DNA of 64,000 bases from a bacterium (GCA_035622635.1 DASPUZ010000163.1:4813-68812), one strand, 5' to 3'. Counted from the first letter of the stretch, positions 7,092 through 16,596 are shown. Notes: generated by a model from the sequence alone, not told the origin. Translations and numbers: made by a program.

Positions 7092-7853
7092 TCAAGCTCG
7101 CGCGCGTCGATCGCAGGCGATGCGAACGAACGTCACCAGAATGCGCGTAGCCGCGAGCACCGTACCACGAACCGTTCCGGACACCTTTGAGGTGCCGCCG
7201 GCGCGGCGGCGATGCGCGACGGGGACTTCCAGGATTCGAAGGCCTGCGGCCGCAGCGCGCATCTGCATCTCCAGGTTCCAGCCGTAGGTCTGCTCTCGCA
7301 TGGCCAGCCGTCTGAGCGCGTCCCGGCGGATGGCACGAAACGGGCACATGTCCGTGTACGGGACCCTGTACAGCCACCGCACGAGAAACCCGATCATGCG
7401 ACCGGCGACCAGCTGGGAGAGGCTCATGCTGCCGCGTTCGCGCAGCCCGCGGGTGCGCGAGCCAACGACGAAATCGTAGCGGCCGGCGGCGATCGGTGCC
7501 ACCAACTGGGCCATCAGTTCCGGACGATCACTTCCATCCCCGTCCAGGAACACGATGATCTGGCACGCGGGATCGACGGCCCCTGCGCCGGTGCGGCACG
7601 CCCGCCCGTACCCCCGGTGCGGCTCTCGCACGACGCGCGCCCCGGCGCCGCTCGCGCGGTCGGCGGTCGCGTCTCCGCTGCCATTGTCGACGACGATCAC
7701 TTCACGCGCGACCTCACGCGGCACGGCGGCGACCACCTGGGCGATCGCCGCTTCTTCATTGAGCGCAGGGACGACGACCGACACCCAGGCGTCGCGGCTC
7801 GGACTGCCGCTTGCCGGCGCTGCGGCGTACACACTACTACTGCGCCACCACAC
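7092..7853 (-). CDS. Family 2 glycosyltransferase (dolichyl/polyprenyl-phosphate sugar synthase-like)
   Basis: Motifs VSVVVPALNEE, VVDNGSGDAT, FLDGDGSD, and PFRAIRR near the end. The start is taken as GTG 7853, overlapping the epimerase stop; GTG 7832 is an alternative. Confidence 0.8.
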   Translation of the reverse strand: MWWRSSSVYAAAPASGSPSRDAWVSVVVPALNEEAAIAQVVAAVPREVAREVIVVDNGSGDATADRASGAGARVVREPHRGYGRACRTGAGAVDPACQIIVFLDGDGSDRPELMAQLVAPIAAGRYDFVVGSRTRGLRERGSMSLSQLVAGRMIGFLVRWLYRVPYTDMCPFRAIRRDALRRLAMREQTYGWNLEMQMRAAAAGLRILEVPVAHRRRAGGTSKVSGTVRGTVLAATRILVTFVRIACDRRARA

Positions 7854-8979
7854 GCTGCACAATCCCCCTCGCGCGCAATACCGACTCGGTGGCCGCAAAG
7901 TAGTCACGTACGTCGGCCTGCGCTCGAATCCAGTCGAGATACCGCCCCAGGCCCACGGTCAGGTCCGTTCGGGGCACATATCCGGCCGCGCGCGCCCGGG
8001 AGATGTCAGCGACCAGATGACGGATCTCCCCCGGTCGAAACTCGCCGCGCATCACCGGACTCAGCCGGATCCCCAGCGCGTCCGAAAGCACGCGGCACAA
8101 CTCGCTGATGCTGGTCGCGACGCCGCTTCCTACGTTTACCGGGAGCCCATCCCACGCGCTGGACGTCGCTGCGAGCAAGTTCGCCTCCGCAATGTCTTCG
8201 ACGAAACAGAAGTCACGCGTCTGCGCGCCGTCCTCGTAGAGCACGGGCGGCTGCTGAGCCAGCAGACGCGTGCAGAAGATGGCGATGACTCCGGTGTAGG
8301 GATTAAAGATGGATTGGCGGGGGCCGTATGTGCATGAATACCGCAACGCGACGGCCGGGATGCCCGTGTGTCGCGCCCACGTCAGCACCAGTCGTTCCTG
8401 CGCGACTTTGCTGATCGCGTACGCCGTCTCGCCGCTCAGCGGCACGTCTTCCCGTGTCGGGACGGACGTCACCGGCCCATCGCAGCGGGGGCAGTGCACC
8501 GCAAAGTCGCCGCGGCGTAACTGCACGAGCGGCCTCACGGGTGGAAAGACCGTGCCGTGCCGCGGGCACTCGGCGGCGCCCTCCGGGTAGACGACCTGTG
8601 AGGATGCCACGACCACTTTCTTGACGGGCAACTTTCGATCGCGGATCAGCTCCAGCAACTGCGCGGTTCCGGACGCGTTCACCTCAACGTATTTGGCCAG
8701 CTCGGGCATGAATCCACCGTACGCCGCCTCATGGAACACGACGTCGATGTCTTGCAGCGCCGCAGTGACGGCGGCGCGATCCCGCACGTCCGCGTGGATG
8801 AACTCGGCGGCGCCGGGCACCCAAGCGGGCTTCCCGTGCGGATGTGTCTGCGGCTCCAGGTTGTCGAGAATGCGGACGGCCCAGCCGTCACGCAACAGCC
8901 GGTCCGCGATGTGCGACCCGATGAGACCAGCCCCGCCCGTCACGAGGGCCCGCCGGCCGCGCTGCCCGTCGCTTCTCAT
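7837..8979 (-). CDS. NAD-dependent epimerase/dehydratase (extended SDR) with a Cys/His-containing insertion
   Basis: Rossmann motif VTGGAGLIGSH and catalytic YAISK. An inserted segment ECPRHG...VHCPRCDG lies between the Ser and Tyr regions. The start ATG directly follows the TGA of the upstream gene. Confidence 0.85.
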   Translation of the reverse strand: MRSDGQRGRRALVTGGAGLIGSHIADRLLRDGWAVRILDNLEPQTHPHGKPAWVPGAAEFIHADVRDRAAVTAALQDIDVVFHEAAYGGFMPELAKYVEVNASGTAQLLELIRDRKLPVKKVVVASSQVVYPEGAAECPRHGTVFPPVRPLVQLRRGDFAVHCPRCDGPVTSVPTREDVPLSGETAYAISKVAQERLVLTWARHTGIPAVALRYSCTYGPRQSIFNPYTGVIAIFCTRLLAQQPPVLYEDGAQTRDFCFVEDIAEANLLAATSSAWDGLPVNVGSGVATSISELCRVLSDALGIRLSPVMRGEFRPGEIRHLVADISRARAAGYVPRTDLTVGLGRYLDWIRAQADVRDYFAATESVLRARGIVQRVVAQ

Positions 8980-10362
8980 TCACATCTCCCTTCCAGCGAA
9001 CGCCGGCCCGTCGGCGCGTGGCCGGTAGCGACCGGGCCGCCACGCTCTTGGGCAGACGCGCGGCGCGAGCGCCAGCAGCGCAAACGGCACGTACAGGGCC
9101 ACGTCGAACGACAGCATTTCGTCGTTGATGCCGAAGAACGGACGATACCACAGCGCTGAGAACAACCACGTCGTCGCGGCTGTCAAATAGAGGAGCGAGA
9201 CGGTGGGGGTAAGGGCCAGGAACAGCGCGAGCCACCCGAAGTACCACAGGTAGTGGGTGGAGATGAGCACGATAAACGCCGTCGCCAGCAGACCGGCGTG
9301 GCGGACGTCGCCGAGCGCCGTACGGTCCCGCTCGCGCCACACACGTATCGCGATCACGAGGAGTGCGACGAGCGCAGCGCCGACGTAGGCCAATGTGGGC
9401 ACGGTGACGCCGGCGAGCCGCGCGACGTCGAGGAGGAAGAAACGATCGCCGCTGACCAGCCCTTCCTCCTGCGCATAGCCGGGCAGGAACCCGATGAGCC
9501 CCGTGCCGGCGCCCAGGTAGGGCAGATAGCCTGCAATCACGGTCGCCCCTAACGCGAGCGGCATGATTCTGTCCCCGCGACGATACAGCGCCGGGAACAG
9601 AAAGGCCGGATACCATTTCACGAGGATCGCGCACCCGAGCGCGACACCGGTGAGCGCCTCCCAGCGGCGAACATGAGCGAACAGCGCTACGGCGACAAAG
9701 GCGATCGCCGCCGCATCGACGTGGCCCGCCCCCGCGTACTGCCACAGCACGAGCGGGTTCCACGCGTAGAGCAGTACCCGGTCGCGGGGCAGGCCGAGGC
9801 AGCCGAGCGTGAGGGTGAGCATCCACACGGCCGCGGCCTCGAACGCTACCATCCCGGTTTTCATCCCGGTGACGGTGTCGCTGACCCGCGTGATGGCGAG
9901 AAAGATCATTTGCCCGACGGGCGGATAGATCGTGTGCGCGTAGGTTCGGCGGTTGATGTGTGGGTAGATGGTCGCGTCGCGCAAGCGCGCGAGCGCCGGG
10001 TCGGCCGGGACGTACCGGTAGGGATTGATGCCGACCGCCTGCACGCGCCCATCCCAGACATAGCGGTACACGTCGTCTGAGAACTGAGGCGGCATGAGCA
10101 GGAGTGGCACCCGGCACAGGATTCCGACGAGCAGAATCAGCCCGAGCCCCATGCGGCCGCTGCGGGATCGGAGGATGGTCCAAGCTGCGCCCAGAAACAG
10201 CACGGCCTGCACGAATGCCAAGGCTTGCAGGGCAAAGATATCTCGCACGGGCGCCCACAGCGGATAGAGATACGATCCCACTGTCAGCGCGCCAAGCATC
10301 GCCAGGACGGTCGTGGCGGTCAAGCCACGGGGTCGTCCGCTCTGCGCCGCCGCGACCGTCAC
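8980..10362 (-). CDS. Polytopic membrane protein, GT87/DUF2029-like glycosyltransferase
   Basis: Many TM helices. The segment FSDDVYRYVWDGRVQAVGINPYRYVP and the later YPP..Q / LVKWYP motifs are typical of polyprenol-phosphate-sugar dependent GT-C enzymes. GTG 10362 overlaps the upstream TGA (GTGA). The Arg-rich first ~300 codons of the long ORF are rejected. Confidence 0.7.
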   Translation of the reverse strand: MTVAAAQSGRPRGLTATTVLAMLGALTVGSYLYPLWAPVRDIFALQALAFVQAVLFLGAAWTILRSRSGRMGLGLILLVGILCRVPLLLMPPQFSDDVYRYVWDGRVQAVGINPYRYVPADPALARLRDATIYPHINRRTYAHTIYPPVGQMIFLAITRVSDTVTGMKTGMVAFEAAAVWMLTLTLGCLGLPRDRVLLYAWNPLVLWQYAGAGHVDAAAIAFVAVALFAHVRRWEALTGVALGCAILVKWYPAFLFPALYRRGDRIMPLALGATVIAGYLPYLGAGTGLIGFLPGYAQEEGLVSGDRFFLLDVARLAGVTVPTLAYVGAALVALLVIAIRVWRERDRTALGDVRHAGLLATAFIVLISTHYLWYFGWLALFLALTPTVSLLYLTAATTWLFSALWYRPFFGINDEMLSFDVALYVPFALLALAPRVCPRAWRPGRYRPRADGPAFAGREM

Positions 10363-11168
10363 GGTGGAAGCCGACTGCCGGCCGCGTGCAGCGGCCAGAT
10401 CCGCTTCGGATCGCGCCGCAGCAACCCCCGGAGAAACTGTCGGCTGTGGGGCGCGCCGTAGCCCGGTCGCATACCGGTCGCCTCGTCGTCGGCGAACAAC
10501 TCCTCGCACAGGCGCACCAGGCTGGGCCCGTCGTCCACGTCGTACCAGCGGGGCAACAGCTCGACGTCCAGGCCGAGCTCCCGCGCCCGAGCGATCGTCT
10601 CCGCCAGCACCCGGTCCGTGCTCCACGCGATGTCCGCAAACAGCTCGGGGCGGGATCGCGTCAGCCCGATGAGATAGTAGCCGCCGTCGTCGGCCGGCCC
10701 GAGCACCATGCGCTCGCCGGGCCGTGCGAGCGCGGCGGCGGCGTCGGCGAGCGCAGCCGAAGGCAGTGTGGGACTGTCTGAATCGATGAGGCACGCAGAC
10801 GCGTACCCGGCCGCAAGCAGGTCCGCGACGCCACTCGCGAGCCGGTCGCCAAAACCGTCGCCTCGCTGCGGGACGAGCCGAAAGCTGCGCGGGAGCAACT
10901 CGGACAACTGCGGTTCCGTCCCTACCGGTGTATAGACCGCGACGCCGGCGCACGCGTCCGCGGCGCTCACGGCGGCGATGTTGTCGGCGGTGTCCCTGAG
11001 GAACGCGGTGTGCAGGCCGGCCGCTTCCTCGAACGTCAGCGGCGGGACCAGCCGCGTCTTCACGTGGCGCGGTCTGGGCACCTTCGTCATGATGGCAAGC
11101 GCGCACGCGGCGGCCACCGAGGCGGGCCGCCCGATCGCCGAGATCCGGTGCGTCGGCGCGGGCGTCAT
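10359..11168 (-). CDS. DUF2064-type glycosyltransferase-like protein
   Basis: Reads AIMTKVPRPRHVKTRLVPPLTFEEAAGLHTAFLRDT...CLIDSDSPTLP...GPADDGGYYLIGL...WSTDRVLAETI. This is the pattern I associate with DUF2064 (CofC-like nucleotidyltransferase fold). The ATG overlaps the upstream stop (ATGA at 11165-11168). Confidence 0.75.
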   Translation of the reverse strand: MTPAPTHRISAIGRPASVAAACALAIMTKVPRPRHVKTRLVPPLTFEEAAGLHTAFLRDTADNIAAVSAADACAGVAVYTPVGTEPQLSELLPRSFRLVPQRGDGFGDRLASGVADLLAAGYASACLIDSDSPTLPSAALADAAAALARPGERMVLGPADDGGYYLIGLTRSRPELFADIAWSTDRVLAETIARARELGLDVELLPRWYDVDDGPSLVRLCEELFADDEATGMRPGYGAPHSRQFLRGLLRRDPKRIWPLHAAGSRLPP

Positions 11169-12733
11169 TGGACGTGTGCCACCACGCGATGATACCCGGT
11201 CGCGCCTTCGGGCGCGGAACGCCGCACCCGAGGCGTCTGAACGGCGCCGGTGCCGTCGATGGCGCGCACGGCAAGCCGGTACTCGCCCGCCTGACGCGGG
11301 GTCCACGTCAGGGTCCACAGGACCCAGGCGAGCCGCGATCCGCGATAGGCGAGCCCGGCGTCTCCCCACGTGGCGCCGTCGTCGGTGCTCACTTGGACTC
11401 GATCGACCCCGCGATCGCCGGCGAACGCGATTCCTTTCAACAGCACCGCGGCGCCGAGGGGTATCGGCGTCGCGAAGTCCGGCGCATCGAAGCGGGCCAT
11501 CGTGTGCAAGACAAAGTCCGGGCCCCAGCCCTGCGTCTCATAGAAGCCTTTGGCGCCGTGATCGACGAGCTCGATGCGGGTCACCCATTTGACGCTCTTT
11601 TCGCCGACCAGACCGGGCACGATCAATCTGGCCGGGTATCCGTGGCGCGGCGGAAGGGGCACCCCGTTCATCTGGTAGGCGACCAGCGTGGTCTCAGTCA
11701 TCGCTTTTTCCAACGGGATCGTATCCGTGTACCCATCGACCCCGTGACACACGACGTCCCGCACGGTCGCCCCCGGGCCGGCCGTCGCGAGCAGGGTCCT
11801 GAGCGGCACACCGGTCCACATCGCGTTGCTGATCAGCCCCGCCCCCACGCCATTGCTGATGCACTCCAACGTTGTTTCCTGCGCCACTGCGGGAAGGGCG
11901 CTCAAATCCTCGAACCGATAGGTCCTCGGGCGCTGCACCGAACCCGTGATTTCGAGACGCCACAAGCTCCGCTCGGGCCACGGGTCAATGTTGTTCTTTG
12001 TCACGACGTAGAAGCGTTCGTTAGGAGTGAACCGCTGGATGTCGGGGTCTCGATACTGCGTGCCGTCGTACGCGTACGCCGCCCGCCGGTACGCGGCGCG
12101 CAGATACGCGCCCACCCCCACGGCCGCGACGAGACCGGCGGCGGCCACCAGGAGCGCGCGCCGACCCTCGCTGCGTGGGGCCGCCATCGGCTCGCGCGCA
12201 TTGTACGGCACGGCGACGAGGAACCAACACAACCCTCGGAGTACGAGGCCGTAGACCGCATACGATACAAGAAGCCCCACCGCCGTGGCAACCGCCGCCG
12301 TCCCGAGGGGGAGCCCGCTGTAGTTGGTCCCAAGGTTTGGCCAGAGTGCGGCCACAGACACGAGCCACAGGGCGACGACAAACGCGGAGAGAACACGATC
12401 GGCCCGGCGACGCGCGGACGTCTCCGGCCTCGGCGTCCGCCTATGCGTGAGGATCAGGATGTACGCTGCGCCGACGATCGCGCCCACGACGAAGAGCCCA
12501 GCGAGCACGCCGCCGACCCCGAGCTGTTTGAGCTGATTGTATCCTCCAACACGCGCCAAGAGTTCGAGAAAGTACCACACGCCCAGGAACGGGGCGACGC
12601 GGTCGCCGACCAGCTCTGGGAGGGTCGCGACGCCCCAGGCGAAGCGCAAGCTGAGCATGACGAGCATCGTGACAAGCGCGGCGACGCTGCCGGCGAGCAT
12701 GCCGCCGAGTGCAGCCTTCAATTGATGCATCAT
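11165..12733 (-). CDS. Molybdopterin-dependent oxidoreductase (sulfite-oxidase fold) fused to an N-terminal ~5-6 TM domain
   Basis: The C-terminal half has RFYVVTKN, TLECISNGVG (Mo-ligand Cys context), YQMNGVPLPPRHGYPARLIVPG..G.KSVKWV, and then an Ig-like dimerisation-type domain. The N-terminal 220 aa are hydrophobic helices. Confidence 0.8.
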   Translation of the reverse strand: MMHQLKAALGGMLAGSVAALVTMLVMLSLRFAWGVATLPELVGDRVAPFLGVWYFLELLARVGGYNQLKQLGVGGVLAGLFVVGAIVGAAYILILTHRRTPRPETSARRRADRVLSAFVVALWLVSVAALWPNLGTNYSGLPLGTAAVATAVGLLVSYAVYGLVLRGLCWFLVAVPYNAREPMAAPRSEGRRALLVAAAGLVAAVGVGAYLRAAYRRAAYAYDGTQYRDPDIQRFTPNERFYVVTKNNIDPWPERSLWRLEITGSVQRPRTYRFEDLSALPAVAQETTLECISNGVGAGLISNAMWTGVPLRTLLATAGPGATVRDVVCHGVDGYTDTIPLEKAMTETTLVAYQMNGVPLPPRHGYPARLIVPGLVGEKSVKWVTRIELVDHGAKGFYETQGWGPDFVLHTMARFDAPDFATPIPLGAAVLLKGIAFAGDRGVDRVQVSTDDGATWGDAGLAYRGSRLAWVLWTLTWTPRQAGEYRLAVRAIDGTGAVQTPRVRRSAPEGATGYHRVVAHVQ

Positions 12734-12975
12734 TCAACCTCCGGCGGACCCACCGAGCCCTCCGAGTCCTTTGACGCACCGACGCTCGCCGCGTTACGCG
12801 GCAACTTGAGTAGTGAGTGTAAGCAGCGACTGTGATGATTGTATAAAGATCAGATGGCGGTTCCGTTGCTGGAGCCGGGACCTGCGCGCGAGGGCGCCCG
12901 ACCTTTGGCCTCTCCCCCCTTCCCGCCGCAACAGGGGACTGCGCCCGGATCCCATCCCACGGACTTCATATCCGC

Positions 12976-14769
12976 CTACTTACCCTCAAAGCGCACATAG
13001 TACGGAGTATCACCGATCCGTTGCCATCCCGCGGGCACGCGGCCGGCTGGCAGGTCCGCCGTCACGACGGCACGGGCCCCCGTGGACACGAGTGCTCGGA
13101 GCGCCTGCTCCCGTCTGCGTGCCGGGGCTTGCCAAAACGCCTCCACGGACTCGTCGGGCACCTCGGCGACAATCCTGACGCGTGCTAGCCGAGCCCAATA
13201 TTCACCAAACGCGGTTCCGATCACGGCCACCCGGTCGCCTGCGCGGATCCCCATCGCCTGCAGACCAGCTGCTGTCCGCCACGACATGTCCCTGGTGGGG
13301 TCGTCCGCGAAGTTTCCAGCGGCGACGACGCCATGCCAGCCGAGCGCCAGGATCATGACGGTCGCAAACGTTCCGACGATGGCCCGCACGCCATGGAGGT
13401 TCCGGCCGGTCGTCGGGAGACGCACGGCGGCGAGGAGGCTGGTCCAGAGCAATACCCCAAACGCGGCGATGAAGCGCGGCTCGATGTAGACTGCGGTCAG
13501 GCCGGCAAGTCCGAGACCGGCCAGAAGCGCGGGGCCCCACGCGTCGGCGAGGCCACGCAGGGAGGCGGTCCCACAGCGCGACACGATCGCCAGCCCCCAC
13601 AGGCAGAGGATCGCAAGCGTCGTCGCGCCGTTGCGCACGAGCACGAATCGGGACAACTCCCCGAGGTTCGCCATACCTCTCGCCCACAGCTGGCTCGGGA
13701 CGATACATGGGGCGATCCCGCCGTACCAGTACGCGGGAGCGTACCACAACGGGTACGTCGCACGAACAGGGGTTCCGAACTCGTAGACGGACGGTTCGTG
13801 CAAGAGTTGGCGAACCGGATGCGTCAGCACACCGCACCCCGGGGGGCCACCCCGCCAGTGCACGTACGGCACGCCGTTGACATGGAACGCGTAGTTGAGT
13901 ATCGCGCTATCCCCAATCGTGAGATGGCCGTCCTGCAACGACATCGCCACGATCAGCGGAGCGGTGACGGCCACGAACAGCCCGATGGCCAGCAATGCCG
14001 ACCGTCGGGCGCCGCGTGCACCCGGCAACGCCCAACCGGCGCCCAGCAGGACGACCGCCAGCGGGAAGAGTAGCCCTCGAGCCAAGTATCCGATCCCCAG
14101 CACGATCCCGAGCGCAGGCAGATGCCCGCCGCCGACGTCCGACGAACGGCGCCGCACCGACAATCCGGCGGCGAGATATATGAGGGCGGCGGCGAGCACG
14201 TCGGGTGCCACCACCGCCAGGCCGGTGCCGGTCAGCGTTGCCCATGTGAAGAGCGGGTAGCCGACTGCGCGTAATGCCCACACGGGGAGCGGGCCCGCAA
14301 CGTTGTGCGTTCGCGTTCCCGCCTCTTCGTCGCCACGGTCGATCAGCGCCTGCAAGAAGAAATCGAAGCAGAGCACCGCAATGACGTAGAAGACGAAGTT
14401 CACGGCGTGGACCATCGGAAATTCCCCGTGTGGCCCGGTTCCCGTCGCGCGCAGCACGGCGCCGATGAGCACGCCATACAGCGGGCTCCACAGTCCGTTC
14501 ACGGCCGCGTGCCAGTCACCGCGCCAGAACGCACTGCCCATGTCCAGGTACGAGATCCCGTCCGGGTTCATGGTGTTGCGAGCCGCGACGCTGTCGATCA
14601 ACCCGAGGACCAGCGCGAAGACGACAAACGAGTGTCGGAGCGTGCGCGGGAGGGCGCCGCGGGCTGCGCGGACCGGCCGCGTGGCCGGCCAGGAAGAATA
14701 TGCCGCTGCGCTCGGCCGAGTGGCAACCCGCGGCAGGGCAACTCGAGAATTCGTCACGGGCTCATGCAC
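12976..14769 (-). CDS. Large polytopic membrane protein, GT-C/ArnT-like putative glycosyltransferase
   Basis: About 12 hydrophobic segments followed by a ~120-aa soluble C-terminus. The early loop NPDGISYLDMG resembles the DxD/ExD loop of GT-C enzymes. The family assignment is tentative. Confidence 0.55.
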   Translation of the reverse strand: MHEPVTNSRVALPRVATRPSAAAYSSWPATRPVRAARGALPRTLRHSFVVFALVLGLIDSVAARNTMNPDGISYLDMGSAFWRGDWHAAVNGLWSPLYGVLIGAVLRATGTGPHGEFPMVHAVNFVFYVIAVLCFDFFLQALIDRGDEEAGTRTHNVAGPLPVWALRAVGYPLFTWATLTGTGLAVVAPDVLAAALIYLAAGLSVRRRSSDVGGGHLPALGIVLGIGYLARGLLFPLAVVLLGAGWALPGARGARRSALLAIGLFVAVTAPLIVAMSLQDGHLTIGDSAILNYAFHVNGVPYVHWRGGPPGCGVLTHPVRQLLHEPSVYEFGTPVRATYPLWYAPAYWYGGIAPCIVPSQLWARGMANLGELSRFVLVRNGATTLAILCLWGLAIVSRCGTASLRGLADAWGPALLAGLGLAGLTAVYIEPRFIAAFGVLLWTSLLAAVRLPTTGRNLHGVRAIVGTFATVMILALGWHGVVAAGNFADDPTRDMSWRTAAGLQAMGIRAGDRVAVIGTAFGEYWARLARVRIVAEVPDESVEAFWQAPARRREQALRALVSTGARAVVTADLPAGRVPAGWQRIGDTPYYVRFEGK

Positions 14770-15257
14770 GGCGCCGATCCGGTGACGCTCTGCCGGGCCC
14801 GACGTGCGCGTTCGCGATCTCGTCCACGCCGAATGTGCGCAAATGGAATGTACATGATCACGATATCCGCTGATTCGTGGATCGCGCGATAAGGCCTACC
14901 ACCTTTAAGGAATCTTTACAATGGTTGCGTAGAGCGTGGGCCGAGAGTCACCGCCGACGGGATGCGCCTTGGGACGGTGGCGTCATGTGGAGCGAACTTA
15001 CGCGCAGGCTTTGCGTCAACCCGCGCAGCGGCACGGGTTGGCCTTCTCCCGCTGGCCAGGTGGGGATAGGAATTGGCGGCAATATCAGCGGAACCGCGGT
15101 CTTCCTACCGGTTTCAGCGGCCGATGGCCAGTCTGGTTGGTTTCCCGCGGCCACTGGTGATCCTACCGTCGTCGGCAGTTGGCTGACTTCAGGATGCACG
15201 GCTCGGGCTCGCCGGACGGTGAGGACAACCCATGCTCGATGCGGCGAGGGCGAGAGA

Positions 15258-15638
15258 CTATCGCACCTCGAAGGACGTACTGAGGGTCCCTTCTCTTGAC
15301 CCAAGTGAACAGCGCGCTTGTATCGGCCACGTTCCCGGAGTGGTGCGGCTCCCGACCAGCCACGTCCAACTTACGATACCGCCGCTGTCAGCTGCCTTGG
15401 GCGTCAGACCTTGCGCACGGCTGGGCCCGGATTTGTAGAACACGGTGATGTCGCAAGTGGCGTGCGGCGCAGTCCGGATTGCGATGCTTGCGGTGTTGCC
15501 GTGATTCACGGGAGATGTCAGCGATACCACTGTGATTAGCACCGGCTGTTGAGCTAGAGCAGTTCCCGATGTCAAGAGAAGCACGGTCAGCACCAAGAAA
15601 AGACACGGACGTGCCCGTCGTGAAATCCTCTTCGCCAT
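15258..15638 (-). CDS. Small secreted hypothetical protein (126 aa)
   Basis: Internal Met gives MAKRISRRARPCLFLVLTVLLLTSGTALAQQ, a classic signal peptide with an AxA site. The mature part is beta-like and contains 2 Cys. Confidence 0.55.
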   Translation of the reverse strand: MAKRISRRARPCLFLVLTVLLLTSGTALAQQPVLITVVSLTSPVNHGNTASIAIRTAPHATCDITVFYKSGPSRAQGLTPKAADSGGIVSWTWLVGSRTTPGTWPIQARCSLGSREGTLSTSFEVR

Positions 15639-15805
15639 GACGAGCCACCCCGGAGGTTGACCGTCTCGCCAGCAACGACGTGGCTTCTTCGAAGCGCGTC
15701 GTCGCCCGTGTCTCACCGGTGTGAAGACGTGCGGCGCCGCCCCGCGCTTCCGCGGCCCACCCGTCACATCCCTTCCTCGCCCGCGCCGGACTTCAGCGGC
15801 GCGCG

Positions 15806-16459
15806 CTAGCTCTTGTCGGAAGGCTGCTGGGTCTCGCGCTGGGCCTTGAGGGCTTCCGCTTTGGCCTTGGCCGCAGCGATGCGCTCCTCGCGGCTCATCG
15901 CGGCGGCTCCCGCGGCCGGGCCGGCAGGCGTACCGCCCCCTGGCGCCGCGACGGCCGGAGAGGGTCCCGCCTCAGCGGGCGGCGTCTTCGGGACGGGCGC
16001 CTGACCCAGAAACTCCTGCCGGAGGTACTGCTCGACGGCCTGCCGGATTCGATCGAGCTGGTCCTGCTTGCCCGCGATGGCGTCCGCCACCCAGGCCTTG
16101 TCGAGACGGCACGTGACGAGGCGCTTCTCACGCGTCAGGTAGACGACGAAGTGGCCGTGTGCATCCTGCAGCACGAGCGTGCGGGCGTGAATCCCGAGAC
16201 GTTCCACCACCGGGGTGACCTGGTCGAGCACCCACTTCTGCTGTTGCGTCATGGGCCGGGAGGTCAGCGTTTCAGCGGGGGACCGTCCCGCGAGCGGATC
16301 GGTGACTTCCAGCCTGGCTCGCGCCGCGGCCGAGCGCTTCCGGAACGCCTCGAGCAGTTCGTCTTTGACGGTGAGCAGCGCGACGAGAACGGAGAAACCC
16401 CAGATCGTGAGGATCGCAAACAGGAGCGACCAGTAGGTCAGGAACTTGCCGAGCGTCAT
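15806..16459 (-). CDS. Hypothetical membrane-anchored protein (217 aa)
   Basis: N-terminal TM helix [29 protein letters not shown], a soluble middle region, and a Pro/Ala/Gly-rich tail. The ATG overlaps the stop of the 46-aa mini-ORF (ATGA). Confidence 0.65.
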   Translation of the reverse strand: MTLGKFLTYWSLLFAILTIWGFSVLVALLTVKDELLEAFRKRSAAARARLEVTDPLAGRSPAETLTSRPMTQQQKWVLDQVTPVVERLGIHARTLVLQDAHGHFVVYLTREKRLVTCRLDKAWVADAIAGKQDQLDRIRQAVEQYLRQEFLGQAPVPKTPPAEAGPSPAVAAPGGGTPAGPAAGAAAMSREERIAAAKAKAEALKAQRETQQPSDKS

Positions 16460-16462
16460 CGA
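16391..16462. repeat. 72-nt direct repeat, copy A (encodes the N-terminal TM helix of the 217-aa gene)
   Basis: 69/72 identical to 16528-16599, counted by hand. Confidence 0.9.
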
Positions 16463-16596
16463 CCGATCAGCGGCTTCTTGAACCTCGCCCGCAACTCGTC
16501 TTTCGCATCGATGAGCGCGACTAGCATGGAGAGGCCCCAGATCGTGAGGATCGCAAACAGCAGCGACCAGTAGGTCAGGAACTTGCCGAGCGTCAT
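16456..16596 (-). CDS. Mini-ORF, 46 aa single-TM protein, paralogous to the N-terminus of the downstream gene
   Basis: Reverse translation gives [46 protein letters not shown]. The ATG overlaps the rdgB stop (ATGA) and its own stop overlaps the next ATG (ATGA). It is below the ORF-track size cutoff. Confidence 0.5.
   Translation of the reverse strand: MTLGKFLTYWSLLFAILTIWGLSMLVALIDAKDELRARFKKPLIGR

Noticed and set aside
10363-11274. An N-terminal ~300-codon extension of ORF 8980..11274, which would make a 764-aa membrane protein.
   Set aside because: The extension is Arg-rich nonsense fully overlapping the well-supported DUF2064 gene in another frame. GTG 10362 gives a GTGA overlap with that gene's stop and starts just before the first TM helix.
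15118-15165. Short strings reminiscent of structured RNAs: CCGATGGCC (RNase P RNA-like) and CCCGCGGCCACTGGT (B12-box-like, as in cobalamin riboswitches).
   Set aside because: The rest of the required conserved cores is absent on both strands. These include GAGGAAAGTCCGGGC and ACAGAACCCGGCTTA for RNase P, and GGTG..AA.TCC plus the full CCCGCCACTGT context for cobalamin. The similarity is probably chance in GC-rich sequence.
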